This document shows positions 27,559 through 39,528 of a DNA stretch of 64,000 bases, piece after piece. Every line of letters begins with the position of its first letter. Position 1 is the first letter of the stretch. Made by a program: the position numbers and the translations under genes. This DNA comes from Pseudomonadales bacterium. Lineage in GTDB: Bacteria; Pseudomonadota; Gammaproteobacteria; Pseudomonadales; Azotimanducaceae. Under the pieces are notes generated by a model. The model saw only the letters and a list, made by a program, of their open reading frames with translations, had not been told where the DNA came from and made no database searches. The stretch is from NCBI GenBank assembly GCA_022827245.1, contig JAJDTI010000076.1:13198-77197 (forward strand), read 5' to 3'.

Positions 27559-27800
27559 CCCGCATATTGCACCAGGCCGCTTATGCACGGGTCGTAACTC
27601 TTTGGTTTTGTGTCAGTTATCTTCCGAACCCAGCATGATCTCCAGATGACAGAACGCTGGCCGCGCCCTCGCCGGTCTTTTCGCCCTGTGCGCGCACGTG
27701 CTCCCTCAACCTTAGCCCCACTAGGCTCTCGGTCGCGAGCACGCGCACAGGACGAAAATCCTCGGCGATCATCACGGCCCCTGGTGCAATATGCGGGCTA
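27556..27800. mobile_element. 245-bp MITE-like element bounded by perfect 21-bp terminal inverted repeats
   Basis: 27556..27576 TAGCCCGCATATTGCACCAGG is the exact reverse complement of 27780..27800. The interior is visibly less GC-rich and contains an imperfect hairpin (about 27685..27752). The outermost TAG/CTA triplets are the stop codons of the two convergent flanking genes. Confidence 0.5.
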
Positions 27801-28283
27801 GAACCGCAGCAGCCGCGCGTCCAGGCGGTCAAGGTCCACCACCCCCACCGCGTTGAGCCCCTGCATGTGCCCCGCGCACTCGCCCGGGTTGAAGACGAGG
27901 TGGTACTCGCGTTGCTCGATGCGCGTGAAGTGCGTGTGTCCGTGCAGCGCGAGATGGTGCTGCTGACCGAGCACGCCGTCGAACTCCAGCGGGTCGTGCA
28001 CGACCACGATGCGCCGCCCCGCCCACGTCAGTTCCAGCGGCGGGTCCTGGAACCGGAAACCGAGCCGCGCGACGGCTTCGTCCAGCGACTCCCGCTCCTG
28101 GTCGTTGTTGCCGAAGACGCCGTGCAACGGCGCCTCGAGGTCCCCGAAGACCTGCAGCGTCTTGGCCTGGGTAATGTCGCCCGTGTGGACGACCGCGTCG
28201 ACGGCCGCCTCGTTGAAGAGTTCGACGATGCGCCGGCAGTTCTTCAGGTTGTTGTGCGTGTCGCTGACGACGCCGATGCGCAT
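27798..28283 (-). CDS. Metallophosphoesterase (YfcE/MJ0936 family)
   Basis: 161 aa. 'VVSDTHNN', 'HTGDITQ', 'GNNDQE', 'LHGHTH'. Confidence 0.85.
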   Translation of the reverse strand: MRIGVVSDTHNNLKNCRRIVELFNEAAVDAVVHTGDITQAKTLQVFGDLEAPLHGVFGNNDQERESLDEAVARLGFRFQDPPLELTWAGRRIVVVHDPLEFDGVLGQQHHLALHGHTHFTRIEQREYHLVFNPGECAGHMQGLNAVGVVDLDRLDARLLRF

Positions 28284-28308
28284 GACTCAGTCCGGAGCCG
28301 CGGCCCGC

Positions 28309-28344
28309 AAAGAAAAGCGCACACGCCGTTGCCGGCGTGCGCGC
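28309..28344 (-). terminator. Rho-independent terminator-like hairpin (minus strand)
   Basis: Arms 28317..28327 / 28334..28344 (11 bp, one A.C mismatch), a 6-nt loop, then TTTTCTTT on the minus strand (complement of 28309..28316). Lies 120 bp downstream of the thiolase stop. Confidence 0.5.
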
Positions 28345-28465
28345 TCGTTCGACTTACCCCCCGAGCGCCCCGAGTTGCGTAGCAACTCGAATGCTACGCC
28401 GAAGGCGTAGCGCAGTTGCGCAGCAACTCGGAACGCGAACCGTCAGGTTCGCGCGCCGAGGCGCG

Positions 28466-29614
28466 TCAGGCCGCCGCCTTCTCCAGGATGTGAATCCCGC
28501 AGGCGCTGCCGAGGCCGATCACGTGGGTCAGGCCGATGCGTGCGTTCTCGACCTGGCGCTGGCCGGCTTCGCCGCGCAGGTGCGTCGACACCTCGTAGAT
28601 GTTGGCGATGCCCGTCGCGCCGAGCGGATGCCCCTTGGAGAGCAGGCCGCCGGAGACGTTGACCGGGATGCGCCCGCCGAGGGCGACCTCGCCGTCGTCG
28701 ACCATCCGGCCGGCTTCGCCGTCGCCGCAGATGCCGAGGTTCTCGTAGTGCAGGATCTCCGCCGTCGCGAAGCAGTCGTGCAGCTCGATGAGATCGACGT
28801 CGTCGGGGCCGAGCCCCGCCATCTCGTACGCTGCGGCCGCGGCCTTGCGCGTACAGGTGTTGACGTCCGGCATGACCAGGTCACGCTCCTGCCACGGGTC
28901 CGACGTCAGCACGGAGGCGCGCACCTTGACGGCGCGACCCATCAGGCCGAGTTCCCGGGCCTTGCGCTCGCTCGCGATCACCGCCGCCGCCGAGCCGTCC
29001 ACGTTCACCGAGCACATCAGCTTGGTGTTCGGATAGGAGATCATCTCGGCGTTCATGACCGTCTCGAGGGGCGTCTCGATCTGGTACATGGCCTTCGGGT
29101 TCATGGTGGAGTGGTGATGGTTCTTCACCGACACCTTGGCGAACTGCTCGAAGGTCGTGCCGTACTTGCGCGCGTGCTCCATCCCCGCCTCGGCGAAGAC
29201 CGTGGGCATGGTGCCGGAACCGAGCAGCCCTTCCTTCGGGATGCCCGTCGCGCCACCGGCGCTGCCGAGCAGGCCCTTGCCCATCTGCTCGACGCCGACC
29301 GCGAGCACGAGGTCGTAGAGCCCCGCCTTGACCGACGTCCAGGCCTCCCGGAACGCCGTCGCGCCGGTGGCGCAGGCGTTCGCGCAGTTGACCACCGGAA
29401 TGCCGGTCTGGCCGATCTGCTGCAGGATGCGCTGCCCGACCATGCCGCTCGACTGACCCAGGTTGCCGCAGTACAGCGCGTCGATGTCCTGGATCTTGAG
29501 GCCGCAGTCGTCGAGCGCCATGAGCGCCGCTTCCGAGCCGAGTTGCGGTACGGACTTCTCGGGGAAACGTCCGAACTTGATCATGTCTACGCCGACAACG
29601 TATGCGTCAGTCAT
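28466..29614 (-). CDS. Thiolase-like protein (SCP-x / lipid-transfer type)
   Basis: 382 aa. 'GIPVVNCANACATGATAF' (active-site Cys region) and C-terminal 'NVSGGLLSKGHPLGATG'. Confidence 0.85.
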   Translation of the reverse strand: MTDAYVVGVDMIKFGRFPEKSVPQLGSEAALMALDDCGLKIQDIDALYCGNLGQSSGMVGQRILQQIGQTGIPVVNCANACATGATAFREAWTSVKAGLYDLVLAVGVEQMGKGLLGSAGGATGIPKEGLLGSGTMPTVFAEAGMEHARKYGTTFEQFAKVSVKNHHHSTMNPKAMYQIETPLETVMNAEMISYPNTKLMCSVNVDGSAAAVIASERKARELGLMGRAVKVRASVLTSDPWQERDLVMPDVNTCTRKAAAAAYEMAGLGPDDVDLIELHDCFATAEILHYENLGICGDGEAGRMVDDGEVALGGRIPVNVSGGLLSKGHPLGATGIANIYEVSTHLRGEAGQRQVENARIGLTHVIGLGSACGIHILEKAAA

Positions 29615-29659
29615 TGAACAATCTCCTCCGTGGCGGTGGCCACTTGCGTTGGTTTGAAG

Positions 29660-30073
29660 TTATCTGGGTTGAAAGAAATACGACAGGTACGAGTTTCCGT
29701 CCCTGTCCTTGCGCCCGAGCGCGTCGTCGTAGACGACCTCGATCGGCATGCCGAACTCGATCTTGTCGGGGTCCGGATCGATGTTGATCAGGTTGCCCTT
29801 CACCGTCCCCCCGCCGTCGAGGTCCACGATGGCGGAGATGTAGGGAACGTCGATGCCCGGATAGGACCGGTGGACGATCGAATAGGAGTACAGCGAACCC
29901 GTGTTGGACAGCGTGATGGGACTGAATCCGCCCCGCGCGCCGCACTTCGAACAGTAGTCACGCTCACCCAGGAACACGGCCCCGCAGGAGCCGCACCTGC
30001 TTCCTTCCAGGTATGGATCGCCGTCGTCCGGGATCTTCAGATACTCCACGGCCGGCAATGGTCGCTCGGACAT
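29660..30073 (-). CDS. Zn-ribbon/OB-fold protein (DUF35), partner of the thiolase
   Basis: ATG at 30073 preceded by AGGAAAGG. 'CGSCG...CSKCG' zinc ribbon followed by an OB-fold region. 137 aa. Confidence 0.8.
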   Translation of the reverse strand: MSERPLPAVEYLKIPDDGDPYLEGSRCGSCGAVFLGERDYCSKCGARGGFSPITLSNTGSLYSYSIVHRSYPGIDVPYISAIVDLDGGGTVKGNLINIDPDPDKIEFGMPIEVVYDDALGRKDRDGNSYLSYFFQPR

Positions 30074-30124
30074 CGAAACCCTTTCCTCGCCTGATAGTCG
30101 GGGTACGAGCATACACCGGCCGGG

Positions 30125-32056
30125 TCAGTGCATGAACCCCCTGTCGCGCAGCAGCTCGAGGACCCGCCCGGCACAGACGTCCACGTCGAGCTCCTCCGTG
30201 TCCATGACGAGGTCCGGCGAGCCCGGCTCCTCGAAGGTGGCGTTCACGCCGGGGAAGCTCGGGATCTCGCCGCGCTCCGCCGCCGCGTAGAGGCCCTCGT
30301 CGTCGCGTTTCTTCAACGCGTCGAGGGAGGCGGTCAGGAACACTTCCAGGAACCGGTCGCCCCCCACGCTGTCGCGCATGCGCTCGCGCACGGCCTCGTG
30401 AGGCACGACGAACGCCGTCAGGCAGATGAGGCCGGCATCGTTCATGAGACGCGCCGTCTCGGCCGCGCGGCGCAGATTCTCCGAACGGTCGTCCGCCGAG
30501 AACCCGAGGTCGCGGCTCATCCCCAGGCGGAAGTTCTGCCCGTCCAGCACGGTGGCCAGGCGCCCGAGATCGAAGAGCTTGCGTTCGAGGGCCCGGGCCA
30601 CCGCGGTCTTGCCGCTCTTCGACAGGCCCGTGAACAGCACGGTGACCGGCGACTGCCCGAGGCGGAGCGCCCGTTCGTCCGCCGTCACCGCGGAAGCGGA
30701 CGCGACGAACGCCCCGTGGGGGGCCTCGTCCCAGTGGGGGCCGCCCACCACGCCTCCCCCGGCCGCGATCATCCCCGCGCCGACGGTCACGTTCGAGATG
30801 CGGTCGATGACGATGAACGCGCCCATGCCCGGGTTGTCCTCGTAGGCATCGTGGACGATGGGCTCGGCCAGCACGAAGCGCACCTGGCCGATCTCGTTGA
30901 GCGCGAGTTCCGGCGCCGGGCCCTGCTCGAGGGTGTTGACGTCGATGCGGTGGCGCAGCGTCTGCACCCTGCCGAAGACCTGGCGCGCGCCATGCTTGAC
31001 GATGTACTGCCGTCCCGGGACCATCGCCTCCTCGGCCAGCCACACGAGGGTGGCGTCGAACGTGTCCGAGATGTGCGCCAGCCGGTCCGTGCCCGAGAGG
31101 ACGTCCCCCCGCCCGACGTCGATCTCGTCGGCCAGGGTCAGCGTGACCGCCATGGGCGCGAACGCCTCGTCGAGGTCGCCATCCATGGTCACGACGCGCT
31201 CGACCGTCGTTGCGAGACCCGACGGCAGCACGCGAACCCGGTCCCCGGGCCGGACGACGCCGCTCGCCACGGTGCCGCTGTAGCCGCGGAACGAAGCGTC
31301 CGGCCGGTTCACCCGCTGCACCGGCATGCGGAAGCTCCGGAAGCCGCGGTCGGCCGCGACATGGACGTGTTCGAGCAGGTGCATCAGCGACGCGCCCTGG
31401 TACCAGGGCATGTTCACGGACTGCTCGACCACGTTGTCGCCGTGCTTCGCGGAGATGGGCACGAAGGTCAGGTCGTCGACGGCCAGACGCGACACGAAGG
31501 CGTCGTAGTCGCCACAGATGGCGTCGAACACGGCCTCGTCGTAGCCCACGGTGTCCATCTTGTTCACCGCGACGATGAGGTGGCGGATGCCCACCAGCCG
31601 CGCGAGGAACGTGTGTCGCTTCGTCTGCGTCAGCACCCCGTGCGCCGCGTCGATCAGGATGACCGCCACGTCGCAGGTGGACGCCCCGGTGACCATGTTG
31701 CGCGTGTACTGCTCGTGACCGGGCGTGTCGGCGATGATGAATTTGCGGCGGTCCGTCGAGAAATACCGATAGGCGACATCGATCGTGATGCCCTGCTCGC
31801 GTTCCGCCTGCAGGCCGTCCACGAGCAGCGCGAGGTCCATTTCATCCCCGGCGCTCCCGGAGGCCTTGCTGTCCCGCTTGATGGCGGCGAGCTGGTCCTC
31901 GTAGATGAGCCGGGAGTCGTGCAGCAGGCGGCCGATCAGCGTGCTCTTGCCGTCGTCGACGGATCCGCACGTCAGGAAGCGGAGGATCTCCTTGCGCTCG
32001 TGGCGGGCCAGGTACGCGAGGACGTCGTCGCCGATGGGGTCGGTGTCGCCCGCCAT
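30125..32056 (-). CDS. cysN: Sulfate adenylyltransferase subunit 1 fused to an APS-kinase-like domain (CysN-CysC/NodQ type)
   Basis: ATG at 32056 inside track ORF 30125..32617. GTPase motifs 'GSVDDGKSTLIGRLL', 'DTPGHEQY', 'NKMD'. The C-terminal kinase-like domain has 'FTGLSKSGKTAVA', 'LDGQNFRLGMSRDLGFS', 'AFVVPHEAVR'. 643 aa. Confidence 0.9.
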   Translation of the reverse strand: MAGDTDPIGDDVLAYLARHERKEILRFLTCGSVDDGKSTLIGRLLHDSRLIYEDQLAAIKRDSKASGSAGDEMDLALLVDGLQAEREQGITIDVAYRYFSTDRRKFIIADTPGHEQYTRNMVTGASTCDVAVILIDAAHGVLTQTKRHTFLARLVGIRHLIVAVNKMDTVGYDEAVFDAICGDYDAFVSRLAVDDLTFVPISAKHGDNVVEQSVNMPWYQGASLMHLLEHVHVAADRGFRSFRMPVQRVNRPDASFRGYSGTVASGVVRPGDRVRVLPSGLATTVERVVTMDGDLDEAFAPMAVTLTLADEIDVGRGDVLSGTDRLAHISDTFDATLVWLAEEAMVPGRQYIVKHGARQVFGRVQTLRHRIDVNTLEQGPAPELALNEIGQVRFVLAEPIVHDAYEDNPGMGAFIVIDRISNVTVGAGMIAAGGGVVGGPHWDEAPHGAFVASASAVTADERALRLGQSPVTVLFTGLSKSGKTAVARALERKLFDLGRLATVLDGQNFRLGMSRDLGFSADDRSENLRRAAETARLMNDAGLICLTAFVVPHEAVRERMRDSVGGDRFLEVFLTASLDALKKRDDEGLYAAAERGEIPSFPGVNATFEEPGSPDLVMDTEELDVDVCAGRVLELLRDRGFMH

Positions 32057-32057
32057 G

Positions 32058-32960
32058 TCAAAAATAGCCTTCCCGCTTTTTCTGTTCCATCGACCCGGCG
32101 GCGTCGAAGTCGATGAGCCGTCCCTGGCGCTCCGAGTACCTGGCGCGCAGCATCTCCTCGATGATCTCGGGCAGCGTCGCGGCGGTGGACTCGATGGCCC
32201 CGGACAGCGGGTAGCAGCCGAGCGTGCGGAAGCGGACCATCCGCATCTCCGGTTCCTCGCCGGGCTCGAGCGGCATGCGGTCGTCGTCGACCATGATCCA
32301 GGTGCCGTCGCGGCGCACGACCGGACGCCGGGCGGCGAAGTACAGCGGGACGATCTCGATACCTTCCAGCAGGATGTACTGCCAGACGTCGAGTTCGGTC
32401 CAGTTCGACAGGGGGAAGACGCGTACTTCCTCCCCGCGGTTGATGTTGCCGTTGTAGAGGTTCCAGAGTTCCGGACGCTGGCTGCGCGGCTCCCAGCGGT
32501 GATTCCCGTCGCGCACCGAGTAGACCCGTTCCTTGGCGCGGGAGCGCTCCTCGTCGCGCCGCGCGCCGCCGAACGCCGCGTCGAACCCGTGCCTGTCGAG
32601 CGCTTCGAGCAGGGCATGGGTCTTCATGATGTCCGTGTACTTCCTGCTGCCGTACGTGAACGGCGTGACCCCGTTGCGCACGCCCTCCTCGTTCGTGTGC
32701 ACGATGAGGTCGAGGTCCAGCTCCCGCGCCTTGCGGTCCCGGAAGGCGATCATGTCGCGGAACTTCCAGGTGGTGTCGACGTGCATCAGCGGGAACGGCA
32801 GCCGGCCGGGGTAGAAGGCCTTGCGGGCGAGGTGCAGCAGCACCGAGGAGTCCTTGCCGATGGAATAGAGCATCACCGGCCGTTCGAACTCCGCGGCGAC
32901 CTCGCGGATGATGTGGATGCTCTCCGCCTCGAGCTGCTTGATGTGGGTCAGGCCGGCCAT
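32058..32960 (-). CDS. cysD: Sulfate adenylyltransferase subunit 2
   Basis: 300 aa. '[15 protein letters not shown]' PP-loop and C-terminus '...[10 protein letters not shown]'. Confidence 0.95.
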   Translation of the reverse strand: MAGLTHIKQLEAESIHIIREVAAEFERPVMLYSIGKDSSVLLHLARKAFYPGRLPFPLMHVDTTWKFRDMIAFRDRKARELDLDLIVHTNEEGVRNGVTPFTYGSRKYTDIMKTHALLEALDRHGFDAAFGGARRDEERSRAKERVYSVRDGNHRWEPRSQRPELWNLYNGNINRGEEVRVFPLSNWTELDVWQYILLEGIEIVPLYFAARRPVVRRDGTWIMVDDDRMPLEPGEEPEMRMVRFRTLGCYPLSGAIESTAATLPEIIEEMLRARYSERQGRLIDFDAAGSMEQKKREGYF

Positions 32961-33042
32961 GCGGCTATTTTAATGCCTGATGCCGTGGGCGAGGCGCTGG
33001 GCGTTAACAGATCGGGTTATAACAATAGCCCCTGGGACGCCG

Positions 33043-34476
<1,434 letters not shown>

Positions 34477-34486
34477 CGCCGCCACA

Positions 34487-35917
34487 CTATCCCTCCGGGT
34501 GCCGCCGGTGCCAGTCCGTCCGCCGCTGGAACTCGTGGCCGAGGGCCAGCAGGCGGCCTTCCTCGAAGGCCGGGCCGATGAGCTGCAGTCCGACGGGCAG
34601 GCCGCCGACGAAGCCGCAGGGCATGGACATGGCCGGCAGGCCGGCCAGGCTCGCCGGCGTCGTGAACACGTCCTGCCGGTACATCGCCACCGGATCGTCC
34701 ACCGCGCCGAGTTCGAACGCCGGGCCCGGCGCGACCGGCGCCGCAATCGCGTCCACCTCTTCGAAGGCCTCCAGGAAGTCCTGCTGAATGCGCCGCCGCA
34801 CGCGCTGCGCCTTCAGGTAGTAGGCGTCGTAGTAGCCCACGGACAGCGTGTAGGTGCCGGTCAGGATGCGCCGCTTGACCTCGGTGCCGAAACCCGCGGC
34901 CCGCGAGCGCCGGTACAGGTCGTCGAGGTCGGCGGGATCCTCGGCCCGAAAGCCGAACCGGACGCCGTCGTAGCGCGACAGGTTGGCCGACGCCTCGGCG
35001 CCCGCGATGACGTAGTAGGCGGGGACCGCGGCGTCCGTGTGCGGCAGGGAGTGGGAGACGAGGGCGTGCCCGGCGGCCTCGAGTTCCTTCGCCGCCGCCA
35101 GCAGACACTCCCCCATGTCGCCCGCCAGCCCCGTCCAGTACTCCGAGGGCAGGCCTATCCGCATGCTTCTGGCGCCGTTGCGGCGCGTCGGGGCCCGTTC
35201 CGCGCTCGTCGAGTCGAGCGGGTCATGGCCTTCCATTGCCCCGAGCACCGTCTCCACGTCCTCGACGGACAGCCCGAAGGCGCCCCCCTGGTCGAGGCTC
35301 GACGCGAACGCGATCATGCCGTAACGCGATACCCGCCCGTACGTCGGCTTGAGTCCCGTGACGCCGCAGAACGCCGCCGGCTGGCGGATGGACCCGCCGG
35401 TGTCCGTGCCGGTGGCGCAGGGCACGAGCCCCGCCCCCACGGCCGCCGCCGATCCCCCCGAAGAGCCTCCGGGCGCGCGGTCGCGATCCCACGGGTTGCG
35501 CGCCGGGCCGAACCAACTCGTCTCGCTGGAAGACCCCATGGCGAACTCGTCCATGTTCGTCTTGCCGAGGCACACCGTCCCCGCCGCGGCGAGCCGCGCC
35601 ACGACCGTGGCGTCATAGGGCGGCACGAAATCGGCGAGCATCCGCGACGCGCACGTCGTGGCGACGCCCTCCGTGCAGAAGATGTCCTTGTGGGCCAGCG
35701 GAATCCCGGTCAGGGGGCCTCCCTCGCCCCGCGCGATACGCCGGTCCGCCGCGTCCGCCGCCCGCAGCGCGCGCTCCTGCGTGACGTGGATGAAGGCGTT
35801 CAGATCGTCGTCCGCCGCCGCGATGCGCTCGAGGTGGAAAGTCGCGAGTTCACGGGCGCTGTAGTCCCCGCGGGCGAGCCCGCGACCGAGATCGGCGATG
35901 GAGGCGAACGGCTGCAT
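34487..35917 (-). CDS. gatA: Glu-tRNA(Gln) amidotransferase subunit A
   Basis: ATG at 35917. Amidase signature '[11 protein letters not shown]'. 476 aa. Confidence 0.95.
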   Translation of the reverse strand: MQPFASIADLGRGLARGDYSARELATFHLERIAAADDDLNAFIHVTQERALRAADAADRRIARGEGGPLTGIPLAHKDIFCTEGVATTCASRMLADFVPPYDATVVARLAAAGTVCLGKTNMDEFAMGSSSETSWFGPARNPWDRDRAPGGSSGGSAAAVGAGLVPCATGTDTGGSIRQPAAFCGVTGLKPTYGRVSRYGMIAFASSLDQGGAFGLSVEDVETVLGAMEGHDPLDSTSAERAPTRRNGARSMRIGLPSEYWTGLAGDMGECLLAAAKELEAAGHALVSHSLPHTDAAVPAYYVIAGAEASANLSRYDGVRFGFRAEDPADLDDLYRRSRAAGFGTEVKRRILTGTYTLSVGYYDAYYLKAQRVRRRIQQDFLEAFEEVDAIAAPVAPGPAFELGAVDDPVAMYRQDVFTTPASLAGLPAMSMPCGFVGGLPVGLQLIGPAFEEGRLLALGHEFQRRTDWHRRHPEG

Positions 35918-35925
35918 GACGGCGT

Positions 35926-38392
<2,467 letters not shown>

Positions 38393-38396
<4 letters not shown>

Positions 38397-38887
38397 ACCC
38401 CCTCCGCGGAGGCTGGCTCGTCGGCGTGACCTTCTTCGCGGCGGCGACGCTGGCCGTCGCGCACCTGCCCGCCGGCCTGCCCGACTGGGTCGGCTGGCTG
38501 CGGCCGGCGTGGGCGCCGCTGGTCCTGTTCTTCTGGATCGTGGAACGCCCGCACCGCATCGGCCTCATCAGCGTCTGGGCATTCGGGCTGCTGCTCGACG
38601 TCGTCCTCTCCGAGCCCCTCGGGTTGAACGGGTTCGCCCTGGTCGTCATGGCCGTGCTGGGGCTCTCTGCGTACGAGCGGCTACGCATGATCAACGTGTT
38701 CCAGCAGGCGGCCGCCCTGCTGCTCCTGGTCCTCGCGACGGAGCTCGCCAAGGGGATCGTGGTGTCTCTCGCCCAGGGTGCCCCCCTGTCCGGTCAGTTC
38801 GTTGCATCGGCCATGGTCACGGCCGTGCTGTGGCCCTTCCTGGTCGGACCGCTGCGGTGGGCGACCTGGCGCGCCGGAACGGCATGA
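38393..38887 (+). CDS. mreD: Rod shape-determining protein MreD
   Basis: 164 aa, polytopic. ATGA overlaps with both mreC and maf. Confidence 0.85.
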
Positions 38888-39462
38888 TCGTCCTGGCCTC
38901 CGCCTCGCCGCGCCGGGCGGAGTGGCTCGAGCGGATCGGCGTTTCGTTCGTGGTCCGGCCCGTGGCGATCGACGAATCCCCCCGCCCCGGCGAGCCGGCC
39001 ACCGCCTACGTGCTGCGCCTTGCGCGCGAGAAGGCGGCCGCAGCCGCGGGCGACCGCGTGGTGCTGGCCGCCGACACGACCGTCTGCCTGGACGGTCGCA
39101 TCTTCGGCAAGCCCCGGAACGAGCGTGACGGGATCGCGACGCTGCTCGCCCTGTCCGGCCGCGAGCACGAAGTGTTCACGGCGCTGGCCGTGCGTTCCCC
39201 GGACCGCGAGGCCTGCCGGCTGGCGTCCGCGACCGTCACCTTCCGGCCCATCGACGCCGCCGAAGCCGCGGCCTACTGGCGCACGGGCGAGCCAGCGGAC
39301 AAGGCCGGGAGCTACGGCATACAGGGGATGGGCGGGGTCTTCGTCAGCCGCATCGACGGCAGCCCCGGGGCCGTGGTCGGACTGCCCCTGCGCGAGACGT
39401 ACGACGTGCTCGCGTCCTTCGGCATTCCCTGCTGGTCGGCCTCTCCGAGCCGGACCGCCTGA
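38884..39462 (+). CDS. maf: Maf-like nucleoside triphosphate pyrophosphatase
   Basis: 'IVLASASPRRAEWL', 'KAGSYGIQG'. 192 aa. Confidence 0.9.
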   Translation: MIVLASASPRRAEWLERIGVSFVVRPVAIDESPRPGEPATAYVLRLAREKAAAAAGDRVVLAADTTVCLDGRIFGKPRNERDGIATLLALSGREHEVFTALAVRSPDREACRLASATVTFRPIDAAEAAAYWRTGEPADKAGSYGIQGMGGVFVSRIDGSPGAVVGLPLRETYDVLASFGIPCWSASPSRTA

Positions 39463-39528
39463 CCGGGCCGCAACCCGCGACGCCGTTCAAGCGCCGTTCA
39501 GTCCGCGGGGACACCGCAGGGGTATGAT

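Noticed and set aside
27610-27832. Small ORFs (63 and 71 aa) inside the inverted-repeat element
   Set aside because: Both are Arg/Pro-rich with no RBS or motif, they overlap each other on opposite strands, and one runs into the phosphoesterase gene.
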